64,000 nt of DNA from Capsulimonadaceae bacterium (lineage in GTDB: Bacteria > Armatimonadota > Armatimonadia > Armatimonadales > Capsulimonadaceae). The stretch is taken from contig OZ244065.1 in assembly GCA_965215505.1 (NCBI GenBank), positions 6,048,001 through 6,112,000 of the forward strand. The letters run 5' to 3'. Within the stretch, counting starts at the first letter, position 1, and each line of letters starts with the position of its first letter. Under the pieces are notes generated by a model that was not told the origin of the DNA, searched no databases, and worked only from the letters and a program-made list of their open reading frames with translations. The translations under genes were made by a program, and so were the position numbers. This document shows positions 11,085 to 21,378 of this stretch, one piece after another.

Positions 11085-12110
11085 CTACAGTCCATCGTAC
11101 TTGGAGTAGCCGCGCTCGGCCCAATAGTCGGGCGGTTCGTTCTCCATATACTCGATGCCGGTGATGGCCTTGATGTTCTTCAGGCCCAGCTTCATCGGGA
11201 CCAGCAGGCGCAGGGGGGCACCGTGTTCCACGGTCAGCGGGACCATTTGCAGGCTCGCGTCGTTTTGGTGGGTCGCCAGCAAGGTCTGCGGGTGCTGGGC
11301 GGTGGGCAGATCAATCGAGACGTAATAGGGGTCCGAGTTGCCGTCGCTGTCCAGGTTGACGCTTGACGTCAGGCTCACCCATTTCGTACCCGGCTTCGGC
11401 GGGTAGGCTTGCAGGAAGTCCGCGAAGCGCATGCCGCCCCAGCCGGCAATCATGCTCCAGCCCTCGACGCAGACTAGGCGGGTCGTCTGGTCCAAGCGCC
11501 CGAACTGCTCGGTCATGCGCGCGATCATGGGGGCGGTCAGATGCTCCTCTTTGCCCGACGCCAGCCCCTTGACGGTCAAGGTCCAGTCGGCCAGATAGGT
11601 GGAAGGGTCGGGCGTCTGGCCGTCGTAGTTGTTGCGAAGCTCCCGCGACGCCTGCGAAAGATCATAGGTCGGTACGAGGCGGTCGGGCGAGTAAAGCGCG
11701 GCCGCCACGTCGTCGTCGAAGGTCAGGACGCGGCTCAGGAGCCGCTGTTTGGCCGGGTCGGGCGTGGCGGGCGGCTTGATGCCGAGACGGGTGCGCGTCT
11801 CATCGGGCAGCACCCACAGGAACCCGGCGGCGAGGGCGGCGACGCCCGCGCCGTAGATCAGGAAGTCACGGCGGGTCTGCGCCTTGATCTTGCCGTCCGG
11901 GACGAGGAGGCGGGGCGGGGGCGTCTCGGCCAGTCGCCCCGGCTTCTCGTCTGGGTCCGGCGGCAGGGCGGCGGCTTGCGCCTCCGGGGCGAGGCGTCGG
12001 CCCCGAGGCTGCCGCGCCCGCAGGGTGTCCAGGCGGTCTACCAGGTCGGTGCGCGCCAGGTGCGAGGCGTCCGGGGCCTTCGGTTCGGGGATCGGCTTCT
12101 TATTTGCCAT
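11085..12110 (-). CDS. Molybdopterin-dependent oxidoreductase (sulfite oxidase/MsrP-like family)
   Basis: CVEGWS, HGAPLRLLVPMKLGLKNIK, YWAERGY; internal TRRDFL Tat-like motif. Confidence 0.88.
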   Translation of the reverse strand: MANKKPIPEPKAPDASHLARTDLVDRLDTLRARQPRGRRLAPEAQAAALPPDPDEKPGRLAETPPPRLLVPDGKIKAQTRRDFLIYGAGVAALAAGFLWVLPDETRTRLGIKPPATPDPAKQRLLSRVLTFDDDVAAALYSPDRLVPTYDLSQASRELRNNYDGQTPDPSTYLADWTLTVKGLASGKEEHLTAPMIARMTEQFGRLDQTTRLVCVEGWSMIAGWGGMRFADFLQAYPPKPGTKWVSLTSSVNLDSDGNSDPYYVSIDLPTAQHPQTLLATHQNDASLQMVPLTVEHGAPLRLLVPMKLGLKNIKAITGIEYMENEPPDYWAERGYSKYDGL

Positions 12111-12954
12111 GACTCTGTCCTTCTACGCGGTCCGACCAGCCGACGATCATGGAGCGGAACGTGTCCCAGCCGTCGGCGAACACCAAAATCACATGGGGGA
12201 TGACGAAGGCCATGAACACCCAGGTCAGCCAGAAATGCCACACGCGGGCCAGGTCATAGCCGCCGAACAAGGCTTGCAGCCAGCCGAGCTGGTCCGGCTT
12301 GTGGATCGCCCAGCCCGTCAGCGCCGACAACGTCGCCATGACCGGCATGGAGAAGTAGGCCAGCCGCTGCAAGGCGTTATACTTGGTCTTCACCTCGGGG
12401 TGCGGCCACGGGCGGCGCGTCAGTTTGGCGAGCGGCAGGCCGACATAATAGATCTGCATCCGGACGGCGTTCTTGAGGTCGCCGCGCCGAGGCAATAGGG
12501 CCTTGTAGCCGCCGCCCAGACCCAGGCCGACGAGGTACAGGACGCCGATCGCGATGAACAGGTAGGCGAATATCCAGTGGATGTTCAGAGCCTCCGCCAG
12601 TATCCCCGTCCCCAGGCTGAAGTGGTCGTAGAACCAGTTCGTGTTATAGTGCCCGGCGGGCGTGTTTGCGTCCACCCACGAGTCGGACGTCCCGTAAGAC
12701 TGACGCCAGGGTTCGTGCCGTGCCACCCAAAGGCCGATGTCGGCCAGGTAGTCGGTGCTGCCGCCCGTCGCTTCGTGGGGTTCATGGTGGTAGACCGGCG
12801 CGGCCCAGTAGATAGAAATGCCCGACAGGGCCAGCCCCAGCAAGGCCGGGATGTTCGCCCAGTGCGTCCAGCGCACCAGCCAGTGGTGCTTGCGGACGAC
12901 GGCCTTTTCCCCGCTTGAAGTCGCCGGATTCTTGTCCAGTGTTATGGTCGCCAC
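12100..12954 (-). CDS. Cytochrome b subunit (PhsC/YdhU-like membrane anchor)
   Basis: VRWTHW, HW..A, KYNALQRLAY, ARVWHF, IPHV heme-ligand His pattern; overlaps the oxidoreductase start. Confidence 0.85.
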   Translation of the reverse strand: MATITLDKNPATSSGEKAVVRKHHWLVRWTHWANIPALLGLALSGISIYWAAPVYHHEPHEATGGSTDYLADIGLWVARHEPWRQSYGTSDSWVDANTPAGHYNTNWFYDHFSLGTGILAEALNIHWIFAYLFIAIGVLYLVGLGLGGGYKALLPRRGDLKNAVRMQIYYVGLPLAKLTRRPWPHPEVKTKYNALQRLAYFSMPVMATLSALTGWAIHKPDQLGWLQALFGGYDLARVWHFWLTWVFMAFVIPHVILVFADGWDTFRSMIVGWSDRVEGQSHGK

Positions 12955-13029
12955 GGTTTGGCCTCTTGTTCTCTAATCGCGCTTCCTAGAACGGCTCCGG
13001 TTTTGAAGAAAGGTCCGCGACCGAAGGCC

Positions 13030-13054
13030 GTAGGGGTGAACCTTGTGTTCGCCC
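13030..13054 (+). repeat. GTAG-family REP-like element
   Basis: GTAG followed by imperfect palindrome gggtgaac-cttgt-gttcgccc; similar architecture to 37387-37409. Confidence 0.55.
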
Positions 13055-13291
13055 TTCTGGGCGGCGAACGCCGTTTCCCGTATCCTCTGTTCCTATCTGT
13101 TCTTCAGTCGCGGGGCGACTCTCATTCAACAGTAGGCCGGCACTTCTAGTGCCGGATCCAGACTCAAAAGCTGGCTACAATAGTGTTACAAATCAGGCCA
13201 GGGGAAAGTTCCGTGCGCCATCATTTGGACAAAAAAGCCCCGAAGGAACACTCCTCCGGGGCCGCCAAAGTTACCGTCTTGAACCACGCCG

Positions 13292-14026
13292 TCAGGCCAG
13301 CGGCTCCGCCATAGTCCGCATCTGGATCTCGATGATGCGCGAGCCGGCGGACTGTGTGCAGGCCAGCAGGACGGCGTCCGCGACGTCTTCCGGGGTCAGC
13401 ATCCCCGACTCGGCCACGCTCTGCTCCGTGCGGCCCTTGCCTAAGGCGAACTCGGTCTTGACGCCGCCGGGGCAGATGAGGCCGACCTTGATGCCCTGCC
13501 CGCGAAGCTCCCGGTCCAGGGCCTGCGCGAAGCCGACCTGCGCGAACTTCGTGGCGCAATAGACCGCCTCGCCCGCGAAGCCGTACAGGCCCGCCATCGA
13601 GGAGATCATCAGGACCGTCCCGGCCCCCTGCGCCAGCATCGTCGGCACCGCGTGGCGCGTGAAAAGGAACGTCGAGCGGACGTTGCTGTCCATCATCTCG
13701 TCGTAATCATCGGCGCTCGTGTCCACGAGGTTCTTGTAGTTGCCGACGCCCGCGTTGTTGATTAGGATGTCGAGCCGCCCGAACGTCTCGGACGCCGTCG
13801 CCGCCGCCTGCCGGGCCGTCTCCTCCTCGCGCGCATCCCCGATGACCAGGGAGGCGTCACCGCCCAATGCCCGCACCTCTTCCGCCAGAGATTCCAGCCG
13901 CTCGCGCCGCCGCGCCGTCAGGATCAGTGAGGCCCCCTCCGCCGCCAGAGCGCGCGCACACGCCTGACCGATCCCCGCACTCGCCCCCGTGATCAGGGCC
14001 ACTTTTCCTGCCAATCGTTCTGCCAT
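13292..14026 (-). CDS. SDR family oxidoreductase
   Basis: TGASAGIG, NNAG, YCATK; start moved to MAERLAGK. Confidence 0.92.
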   Translation of the reverse strand: MAERLAGKVALITGASAGIGQACARALAAEGASLILTARRRERLESLAEEVRALGGDASLVIGDAREEETARQAAATASETFGRLDILINNAGVGNYKNLVDTSADDYDEMMDSNVRSTFLFTRHAVPTMLAQGAGTVLMISSMAGLYGFAGEAVYCATKFAQVGFAQALDRELRGQGIKVGLICPGGVKTEFALGKGRTEQSVAESGMLTPEDVADAVLLACTQSAGSRIIEIQMRTMAEPLA

Positions 14027-14103
14027 GAGTTCCCTCCGCTTTCGCCGTTTACTGCGGGTTACTATCCCCGGCCCGCCCCCGGCGGAAACTTCAGGGGGGA
14101 TGC

Positions 14104-14709
14104 TTAGGCGAGGGCGACCGCGTCTACCCGGCCACCCAGGCCGAGCTGGGCGAGGTGCTGGTGCGCCACCGCGCAGTACCGCGTCACGTCCTGGTGGGCA
14201 CGCGCGAGCAGCATCGCCCCCTCCACGCCGGACAGGAACGCCTCCGCCTGCGACCGGGGCGAACCCTCGAAACGGAGGGTCCCGGCCTCGCGGCCTGCCG
14301 TCAGCGCTTCGGCCAGCCAGCCCTCGTTCTCGGCGAAGAAGGCCTGGACCTCCGCCTGCACCGTCTTTGGCAGGCACACCAGGTCCAGCGCCAGCGCGCC
14401 GCAGAGGCACATGCGGTTTCCATCGCGCAGCATATCGCGGCAGACGTGCGCGTACCCGATCAGCTTCTGATCCGGCCCGTCCGCGACTAGGTCAAGGAAT
14501 GCCCGCCGGCGGCCGATCTCTTCCCGATAGCGCACGACCAGGGCGAGGCACAGGTCGGCCTTGCCAGGAAAATAGTGATGGATGCTGGCCTTCCGCAGTC
14601 CGACCTTATCCGAGATGTCCGCGTAACTGAACCCGTTGTAGCCGCGCGTCTGGACCATCCTCTGCGCGGCATCCAGTATCTGAGTCGCGACGCTCGCTTT
14701 TTCCGCCAT
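14104..14709 (-). CDS. TetR/AcrR family regulator (NemR-like)
   Basis: RGYNGFSYADIS...KASIHHYFPGK HTH; MCLCG in the C-domain. Confidence 0.92.
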   Translation of the reverse strand: MAEKASVATQILDAAQRMVQTRGYNGFSYADISDKVGLRKASIHHYFPGKADLCLALVVRYREEIGRRRAFLDLVADGPDQKLIGYAHVCRDMLRDGNRMCLCGALALDLVCLPKTVQAEVQAFFAENEGWLAEALTAGREAGTLRFEGSPRSQAEAFLSGVEGAMLLARAHQDVTRYCAVAHQHLAQLGLGGRVDAVALA

Positions 14710-14785
14710 TTCCACAGTTCCTCCCGGTGTCACCCGTAAGCATACCCGATGGGGGATGAAAAATGTCAACAAAAGGCGACTTTCT

Positions 14786-14828
14786 ACCTACTAGTAGGTT
14801 GACAACGCGAAAAGCGCGGTGGTATAAT
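14786..14828 (+). promoter_or_regulatory. Palindromic operator abutting a sigma70 promoter of the osmC-like operon
   Basis: Perfect palindrome ACCTACTAGTAGGT (14786-14799); TTGACA 14799-14804, 18 bp, TATAAT 14823-14828; divergent TTGACA on the minus strand at 14764-14769. Confidence 0.75.
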
Positions 14829-14929
14829 GCCTGCGTTCCACCGGAACGGCTCGGCACAGACGCCGCGCCCCCGTTTCTCATGCCGACCATTTTCACGCCG
14901 AATGCATAAACTTCTCTGGAGGTATTCCG

Positions 14930-15490
14930 ATGCCGACTGCCGAACTGACCCCGACGACAGAGCTGAAGCCGACCGAAGCCCTGCGCCCCATTGACTGCAT
15001 GGGCCTGACCAAGCTCGTGGACAAGAACAAGGCCAACCCCGCCGGCGGCAAGGTGACGCTGCGCGCGACCACCATCACCGAAGGCCAGATGCGGAACCTG
15101 ACCTACATCCGCGACCTCGCCCCCACCGTCATTGACGAGCCGCCGCACCTGCTGGGCGAGAACACCGCCCCGAACCCGTCCGAGGCCGTCCTGGCCGCGC
15201 TCGGTGCCTGCCTCGCGGTCGGCTATGTGGCGGGTGCCAGCCATGTCGGCATCGTCCTCAGCGCCGTCAAGATCGAGATGGAAGGCGACATTGACGTCTC
15301 CGCCGTCTGGGGGCTGGGCGACGTTCCCGAGGACAAGGTCGCCGGCTTCACGGCCATCCGCGTCAAGGCGCACCTCGAAGGCAACGCCTCCCGCGAGCAG
15401 TTGGACGAGATCGTCCAGAACGCCAACCGCTGGTCTCCGGTGGCCTCTACACTCCGCAACAACGTCAAGGTCACGGCCGAGCTGGCCTGA
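14930..15490 (+). CDS. OsmC-family protein (single Cys; CPV replaced by SPV)
   Basis: IDEPPHLLGENTAPNPSEAVLAALGACL; GGAGG RBS. Confidence 0.88.
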   Translation: MPTAELTPTTELKPTEALRPIDCMGLTKLVDKNKANPAGGKVTLRATTITEGQMRNLTYIRDLAPTVIDEPPHLLGENTAPNPSEAVLAALGACLAVGYVAGASHVGIVLSAVKIEMEGDIDVSAVWGLGDVPEDKVAGFTAIRVKAHLEGNASREQLDEIVQNANRWSPVASTLRNNVKVTAELA

Positions 15491-15670
15491 CACACCCGCC
15501 CCCTCCCGCCCCCGATGCCGGGGGCGGGGGCCTTCCTCTCGGTCCCTGCCGCCCCGGTCACCGACGACCCTCCTCATGCGTTCCCAGCCTCGCACCGCCG
15601 CGCCGCTCCTGTTTGCCCGTCACGCCTCGGGCTGACGCCCGGTTCCGGGCCATAAGAATGGAGAAACGAC

Positions 15671-16546
15671 ATGGAGAAGGAAACACTGCTCGACGCCAAA
15701 CAGGTGGTCGCCCTCATGGAAACCGAGCCGGTCGTCGTCATTGACACCCGCGCCCCCGAGGAGTACGCCGCCGCCCACATCCCTGGCGCGGTCAATATCC
15801 GCGAGATCTTCAGCTTCCTCGCCACATCCACCCCCGAGGGCCTGGTCACGATGCACCAGACATTCGCCACGCTTCTGGGCGATGCCGGCCTGTCCGGGGC
15901 GGAACACGCGGTCATCTACGAAGATGCCATGAACAACGGTTATGGCCAGTCCTGCCGTGGGTACTTCCTGCTCAAGTATTTGGGCTACTCCAAAGTCTCC
16001 ATTCTGCATGGTGGGCTGAAGGCGTGGACCGATGCGGGCTTACCGGTCACGGCGGAGGCTTCCACCCCCGAGACGAAGAACTTTCCGCTGAATGTGGACG
16101 AATCACTGATGGTGACGACGCCCGAGATGCTGAAGTCGCTGGATGACCCTTCCATCGTCAAACTGGACGTGCGCGACTGGGATGAATGGGTCGGTGAAAG
16201 CTCCTCGCCCTACGGCAAGGACTTCACCCCGCGCAAGGGGCGCATCCCCGACGCCGTCCTGATCGAGTGGTACACGCTGATGAAGCCCGCCTCGGACGTG
16301 CCCATGTTCAAGTCTAAGGAGGAGATCAAAGAGATCGCCGCCAAAGTAGGCATCACGCCGGACTCGACCGTGAACATCTACTGCTTCAAAGGCGCGCGCG
16401 CTTCCAATACCTTCGTCGCGCTGAACGAGGCCGGGATCAAGAACGTCAAGATCTACTTCGCCTCCTGGAACGAGTGGTCCCGCGACTTCTCGCTGCCCAT
16501 CGAGGAGGGAGCGCCCGACCCCAGCCGCCCCGCCGTCCGCGCCTGA
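15671..16546 (+). CDS. Tandem-domain rhodanese/sulfurtransferase
   Basis: HIPGAVN, LHGGLKAW, GRIPDA, active loop YCFKGAR, YFASWNEW. Confidence 0.92.
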   Translation: MEKETLLDAKQVVALMETEPVVVIDTRAPEEYAAAHIPGAVNIREIFSFLATSTPEGLVTMHQTFATLLGDAGLSGAEHAVIYEDAMNNGYGQSCRGYFLLKYLGYSKVSILHGGLKAWTDAGLPVTAEASTPETKNFPLNVDESLMVTTPEMLKSLDDPSIVKLDVRDWDEWVGESSSPYGKDFTPRKGRIPDAVLIEWYTLMKPASDVPMFKSKEEIKEIAAKVGITPDSTVNIYCFKGARASNTFVALNEAGIKNVKIYFASWNEWSRDFSLPIEEGAPDPSRPAVRA

Positions 16547-16584
16547 CCGCTTGGAAACTGACCACTTAGAACTGGAAACCCGTC

Positions 16585-17718
16585 ATGCCCGCAGCCCTCG
16601 CCTGCGATATACCGGCTTTTGAGACCGTCATGGCCGACCTGAGCGATGCCATCGCCCAGGACCTGCGGCCGAATGTCGCCGAAATCGACGCGCGCGGATT
16701 CTACCCGCGCGCGTTCATGCAGCGCGTCGGCGCATTGGGCGGCTTCGGTCAGGCCGTCCCGACCGAGTATGGCGGGTCGGGGCGCGGCATGGCTGGCACC
16801 ATTCGGGTCATGGAGGAGGTCTCCAAGGACTGTCTGAGTACCGGCTTCTGCGTCTGGTGCCAGACGGTCTGCGGCTGGTACATCCAGAACGGCGCAAGCG
16901 ACTTCTTGAAACGGGAGTTCCTGCCCAAAGTGGCTGACGGGAGGATGCTGGCGGGGACCGGGCTGTCCAACCCGATGAAGCACTTCGCGGGCATCGAGAA
17001 GATCCGCGTCACCGCCACGCGCGCTCCGGGCGGCTTCAAGGTGAACGGCGCACTTCCCTGGGTCTCCAACGCCGGCACGGACCACTGCTTCGCCTTCGTC
17101 GCCCAGATCGCCGGGGAAGAGGCGTACCTGATGGCTGTGACGCCTGGCGATGCGCCCGGCCTGACACTCGGGGACGGCGGCCACTTCATCGCTCTGGAGG
17201 GCAGCAGCACCCACAATGCCGTCTTCAAGGACATGTTTCTGCCCGAGGAACAGATCCTCGCCGCCCCCTGCAAGGATTACGTCGCCCGCATCCGGCCCGG
17301 CTTCATCCTCGCCCAGTCCGGCTTCGGACTCGGCCTGATCGCGAGCTGCGTGGACCTGATGCGCCGCTCGAACGAACGGGTTGGCCACGTCAACCAGTTT
17401 TTAGACGACGGCGCGGACGAGATCAAGGCGGACTTGCAGGAGGCCCGTTGCCGCACTTACGCCCTGGCCGACCAGATCGGCTGCGGCGAAACGGCCTTGG
17501 GGCCGGAGGCGACGCGCGAGGCCATCCAGTGCCGCATCCTCGCCTCCGAGCTGTCCCTGCGCGCCTCGCAGGCCGCCATGCTGCACACCGGCGCGGCGGG
17601 CTACCGCATCGGCGCGGCGGCGGAGCGCAAGCTGCGCGAGTCCTACTTCGTCGCCATCGTCACGCCCGCCCTTAAACACCTCAAGAAGCTCCAGAACGAC
17701 ATGAAAACAGCAGTATGA
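16585..17718 (+). CDS. Acyl-CoA dehydrogenase superfamily protein
   Basis: PTEYGG, TGLSNPMK, VNGALPWVSN, AMLHTGAAGY...RKLRESYF. Confidence 0.85.
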   Translation: MPAALACDIPAFETVMADLSDAIAQDLRPNVAEIDARGFYPRAFMQRVGALGGFGQAVPTEYGGSGRGMAGTIRVMEEVSKDCLSTGFCVWCQTVCGWYIQNGASDFLKREFLPKVADGRMLAGTGLSNPMKHFAGIEKIRVTATRAPGGFKVNGALPWVSNAGTDHCFAFVAQIAGEEAYLMAVTPGDAPGLTLGDGGHFIALEGSSTHNAVFKDMFLPEEQILAAPCKDYVARIRPGFILAQSGFGLGLIASCVDLMRRSNERVGHVNQFLDDGADEIKADLQEARCRTYALADQIGCGETALGPEATREAIQCRILASELSLRASQAAMLHTGAAGYRIGAAAERKLRESYFVAIVTPALKHLKKLQNDMKTAV

Positions 17719-17756
17719 CAAATAACAACAACTAAGACTAAGGGGACACGAACAGA

Positions 17757-18246
17757 ATGTGCATCATGCGGGGCGGAGACGAAGAAACGCCGAACGCGCT
17801 GAAAGGCGACGGCCTGACGCACCATCTGGTGGAAGAGTCGGTGGGCCAGGCCGTGTTCGGGGGTGAGGCGAACTGGCGTGAGTTCATCCGTCTGGTCGGG
17901 GCGGCGACCGCCTCCGCCGTGCTTGCCTCGGTGTTCCCGATGGAAGCGGCCAAGGCCCTCGTCTCAGACCCGATCGGGCCGCTGGAGAAGCGTGACCTGA
18001 AGATCGGTTTCATCCCCATCACCTGCGCTGCGCCGATCATCATGGCCGCTGGGGAGTGCTTGGGTCGCCATCGTCGCTGTGGAGGCCCTGCTGTCCTCAC
18101 CGGGCATCGGCTACTTCCTGTGGAACGAGTACAACAACCTGAACCTGAACAGCGTCATCCTGTCCATCATCCTGATCGGCCTGCTCGGCGTCCTGCTCGA
18201 CGGTGTCTTGGGCTTTCTCGCCAAGCGCGTCACCTACGCCGAGTAG
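17757..18246 (+). pseudogene. Deletion fusion of an NrtA/CmpA-type binding-protein 5' end and an NrtB-type permease 3' end
   Basis: LEKRDLKIGFIPITCAAPIIMA ends at ~18048; another frame then reads LGSAWVAIVAVEALLSSPGIGYFLWNEYNNLNLNSVILSIILIGLLGVLLD...YAE* (stop 18244-18246). Confidence 0.85.
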
Positions 18247-18273
18247 AGCAGCATTTTCAGTTCCTATAGAGGT

Positions 18274-19105
18274 GTGTTAGCGATTTTAGAGATCGAGCGC
18301 GTGACCAAACGCTTCCCTGAGCAGAGCGGGAACGGGACGCTGTGCGTCTTCCAGGACGTTTCCTTCCAGACCGAGGCGGGCGAATTCGTCACGATGGTCG
18401 GCCATTCGGGCTGCGGCAAGAGTACGATCCTGAACATCATCGCTGGCCTGGACAAAGCCTCCGAAGGCCACGTCATGCTGGAAGGGCAGCGCATCCGCAA
18501 GCCGGGGCTGGACCGGATGGTCGTCTTCCAGTCGTTCGCCCTGATCCCCTGACTGACCGCCTACGAGAACGTCCGCCTGGCCGTCGCCTCCGCCCACAAG
18601 GACTGGGACGGCGCACAGATCAAGGCGCACACCGAAAAGTACCTCGCCATCATGGGCCTGGCCGGGCCACAAGCGCCCCGCTGCCCTCTCCGGCGGGATG
18701 CGCCAGCGCGTCGGCCTGGCCCGCGCCTTCGCCGTCGGCCCCAAAGTGCTGCTGCTGGATGAGCCGTTCGGCCAGATCGACGCCCTGACGCGCGGCATGA
18801 TCCAGGATGAGCTGGTGCAGATGTGGACCGAGACGCAGAACACCGTTTTCATGGTGACGCACGACGTGGACGAAGCGATCCTGCTCTCCGACAAGATCGT
18901 GCTGATGACGAATGGCCCACGGGCGCGCATCGTCGAGATCGCCATCCCGCGCCCCCGCCGCCGCGAGACGATTATTGAACACCCCCTGTACTATAAGATT
19001 CGTAACCACCTGCTGCACTTCCTCATCGAGCGCTCCTACCAGCTCCAGCAGGAAGACTGGACGCCGAGCGAGGCACCCCCGCCCCTGGTGCAGATGACGG
19101 TCTAA
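18274..19105 (+). pseudogene. NrtC/D-type ABC ATPase with nonsense and frameshift lesions
   Basis: GHSGCGKST Walker A; ALIP*LTAYENV (TGA 18550-18552 where W is expected); frameshift near 18665 before HKRPAALSGGMRQR; LLLDEPF, VTHD. Confidence 0.9.
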
Positions 19106-19168
19106 ACAAAAAAGCCGCCTCGGAGAATATCCCCCGAGGTGGCTCTGCTTTGTCCGGTCCCCCCGCCG

Positions 19169-20452
19169 TCACCCGCGCCGCTTGAGGAGCAGCGCCGCCC
19201 CCTGCCGGGCTTCCGCGTCCTGCGGCAGCAGGGCCAGCACCTCCTGCCACTCAAAGATGCCGCGCGAGAGCCGCCCGTGGGCCTGGCACCAGCGGGCAGC
19301 CTGGCGGTGGCGGGAGGGGTCGTTCGGGAGCGTACCCGCCAGGATCACTAGCCGGTTCCATCCTGCGCCTTCTACGGTCGCGCGCAGGTCTTCCGCCAAA
19401 ATATCCCTCCCCCGTGCGCCCTCGCCCTGACCTATCAGCAGGCGGCCCAGGCGGAAGCGCAGCCCGGCCAGGCCGGGGTCGAGCGCATAGGCGCGTTCCC
19501 ACTCGCGGCGCGCATCCGCGTCCGCCCCGGCATCCCGGTAGGCCAGGCCAAGCGTGTAGTGCGCCCCGGCATTGTCCGGGTCGAGCGACAGACACTGCCG
19601 CGCGGCCCGCATGGCGGGCGCGCGATTTGCCTGCCCCTCCCTCGCCTGGGCCTGTCCCAGCAGGAGGGCGGCCTGCTGGGCATAGAGCCTCGGCTCCTGC
19701 GGGGCGAGGCGCAGGGCGTCCGTGACAGCCTGGAGGGCTTCTTCGTCGCGCCCAGACACGTTCAGGTTCTCGGCCACAAGCGAAGCGATGTGCCAGTCGT
19801 CGGGCCGCAGGCGGCGGGCGGCTGTCAGTTCCCGTATCGCGTCCGGGCGATCCCCTCCCTGGATCGCGTCCAGCGCCAGAGCGAGGTGTATCTCGGGAGC
19901 GGCGGGCGCAAGGGCCACGGCGCGGCGGAGCAATGCATGGGCCTCGGGCTGCCAGCCGATCTCGGTATCCAGAACCGCCAGGCGCAGCAGGGTTTGGGGC
20001 GAGTCGGGCGCGAGCCGCCGCGCCTGCCGGGCTAAGGCAACCGCCCGGTCAATGTAGCCGATCTGCTGGTACAGGCCGGCCGCCGCGTCGGCAAGTTCGG
20101 GCGAGCGCATGGCCGTCGGCTCCAGGGCGCGGAGCTGCGCCGATGCACCGGGGATGTCCCCGCTCTGGGTGAGCTGCTGTGCCAGGGCAAGCCGGGCGTT
20201 GGGGTCGGAGGGGGCGGCGCGCAAGGCATCCTGGGCGCGGCTCAGGTCGGCCTTCGCCTGCTGGAGCTGCTGGAGGTATGCCTGCTGGCGGGAGGCGTCG
20301 CGCCGCAGGGCGGACGCCTCCCGCCAGTTGCGGATCTGCCAGGGCAGGGAGGTGAGCGAGCCTAGCACGACCAGGGTGAGGAGCGCGAGGAGGAAGCGTG
20401 AACGGGGACGCGCCCCTGGAAGGGGGCGCGTCCCGGAGGGGCGGGGCGTCAT
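19169..20452 (-). CDS. Membrane-anchored TPR repeat protein
   Basis: N-terminal TM followed by many TPR-like repeats (A..L.P). Confidence 0.8.
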   Translation of the reverse strand: MTPRPSGTRPLPGARPRSRFLLALLTLVVLGSLTSLPWQIRNWREASALRRDASRQQAYLQQLQQAKADLSRAQDALRAAPSDPNARLALAQQLTQSGDIPGASAQLRALEPTAMRSPELADAAAGLYQQIGYIDRAVALARQARRLAPDSPQTLLRLAVLDTEIGWQPEAHALLRRAVALAPAAPEIHLALALDAIQGGDRPDAIRELTAARRLRPDDWHIASLVAENLNVSGRDEEALQAVTDALRLAPQEPRLYAQQAALLLGQAQAREGQANRAPAMRAARQCLSLDPDNAGAHYTLGLAYRDAGADADARREWERAYALDPGLAGLRFRLGRLLIGQGEGARGRDILAEDLRATVEGAGWNRLVILAGTLPNDPSRHRQAARWCQAHGRLSRGIFEWQEVLALLPQDAEARQGAALLLKRRG

Positions 20453-20471
20453 GGGAGGCGACTCCAGGGCG

Positions 20472-21332
20472 CTACTGCGTTACGCCATATAGGTGGATGG
20501 TCGTCTGGTCGGTGCGGAAGTACTTGGCATGTCCGTCGGCGAACCCGATGTTGTTGCCGGTACCGGCATGACGCGAATAGGCGTCATAGGTCCCTGGGAA
20601 TGGCCCCAAATAGGCAGTCGTATAATAATTCGGGATGTTGTTGTTCGTGTCCCCGTTTGGGTAGGCCACGCGCGTGATCCGCTCTGCCTGACGAGAATCC
20701 CCCTGAGGGTTTCCCGCCGCTTTCAGGGCTTGCCAGTCGCCGTAGCCGTCGTACCCGCTCAGAAGGGTTCGGCAGTCCGCGACGATGAATGTGTCTGCGG
20801 GCGTGTCTATCTGTGACAGGCCGGGATTGGAGTTAAAGAGAGGCTCGTTGCCCCCGTAGCTCATGACTGCGGTCGTCATTGGGGCATACATGCCGTCGGC
20901 GATGACGGGGATGTTGTCCGCAACTGCGGCTCCGTTGCTGGGCTGGAACCAGTTGCCGTACCCCTTGGCGATGTTGGTATTTGGATCGTCGGGACAGTGG
21001 TAAGCGCCAGGGGCCTTCACGAACGGGTAGATAGCGTTGCACCACAGAGCGGTGGCGTTGTTGGGTGTGGAACCGGCTGCTGAAGCCCCATAATAGTTAG
21101 TGCCCCACTGCCACTGCGGGAACTTCTCGTCGGCATCCTGGCAGTACTGGGTCAGGGCCAGCGTGAGCTGCTTGATGTTTGAGGCGCAGGAGGCGCGGCG
21201 GGCGTTCTCGCGGACTTTTTGGAAAACTGGGAAGAGGATGGCGGCGAGAATCGCGATGATCGCAATAACCACAAGCAGCTCGATCAGGGTGAAGCCCTGT
21301 CTTTTCGGGGAGCTTCGTTGCTTCGATTTCAT
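20472..21332 (-). CDS. Prepilin-type N-methylation / DUF1559-like protein with H-X9-DG motif
   Basis: [52 protein letters not shown]. Confidence 0.93.
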   Translation of the reverse strand: MKSKQRSSPKRQGFTLIELLVVIAIIAILAAILFPVFQKVRENARRASCASNIKQLTLALTQYCQDADEKFPQWQWGTNYYGASAAGSTPNNATALWCNAIYPFVKAPGAYHCPDDPNTNIAKGYGNWFQPSNGAAVADNIPVIADGMYAPMTTAVMSYGGNEPLFNSNPGLSQIDTPADTFIVADCRTLLSGYDGYGDWQALKAAGNPQGDSRQAERITRVAYPNGDTNNNIPNYYTTAYLGPFPGTYDAYSRHAGTGNNIGFADGHAKYFRTDQTTIHLYGVTQ

Positions 21333-21378
21333 GATGGGGTCCTCTCAGTGCGGACATCGGGCGAGGTAAGATGACACC

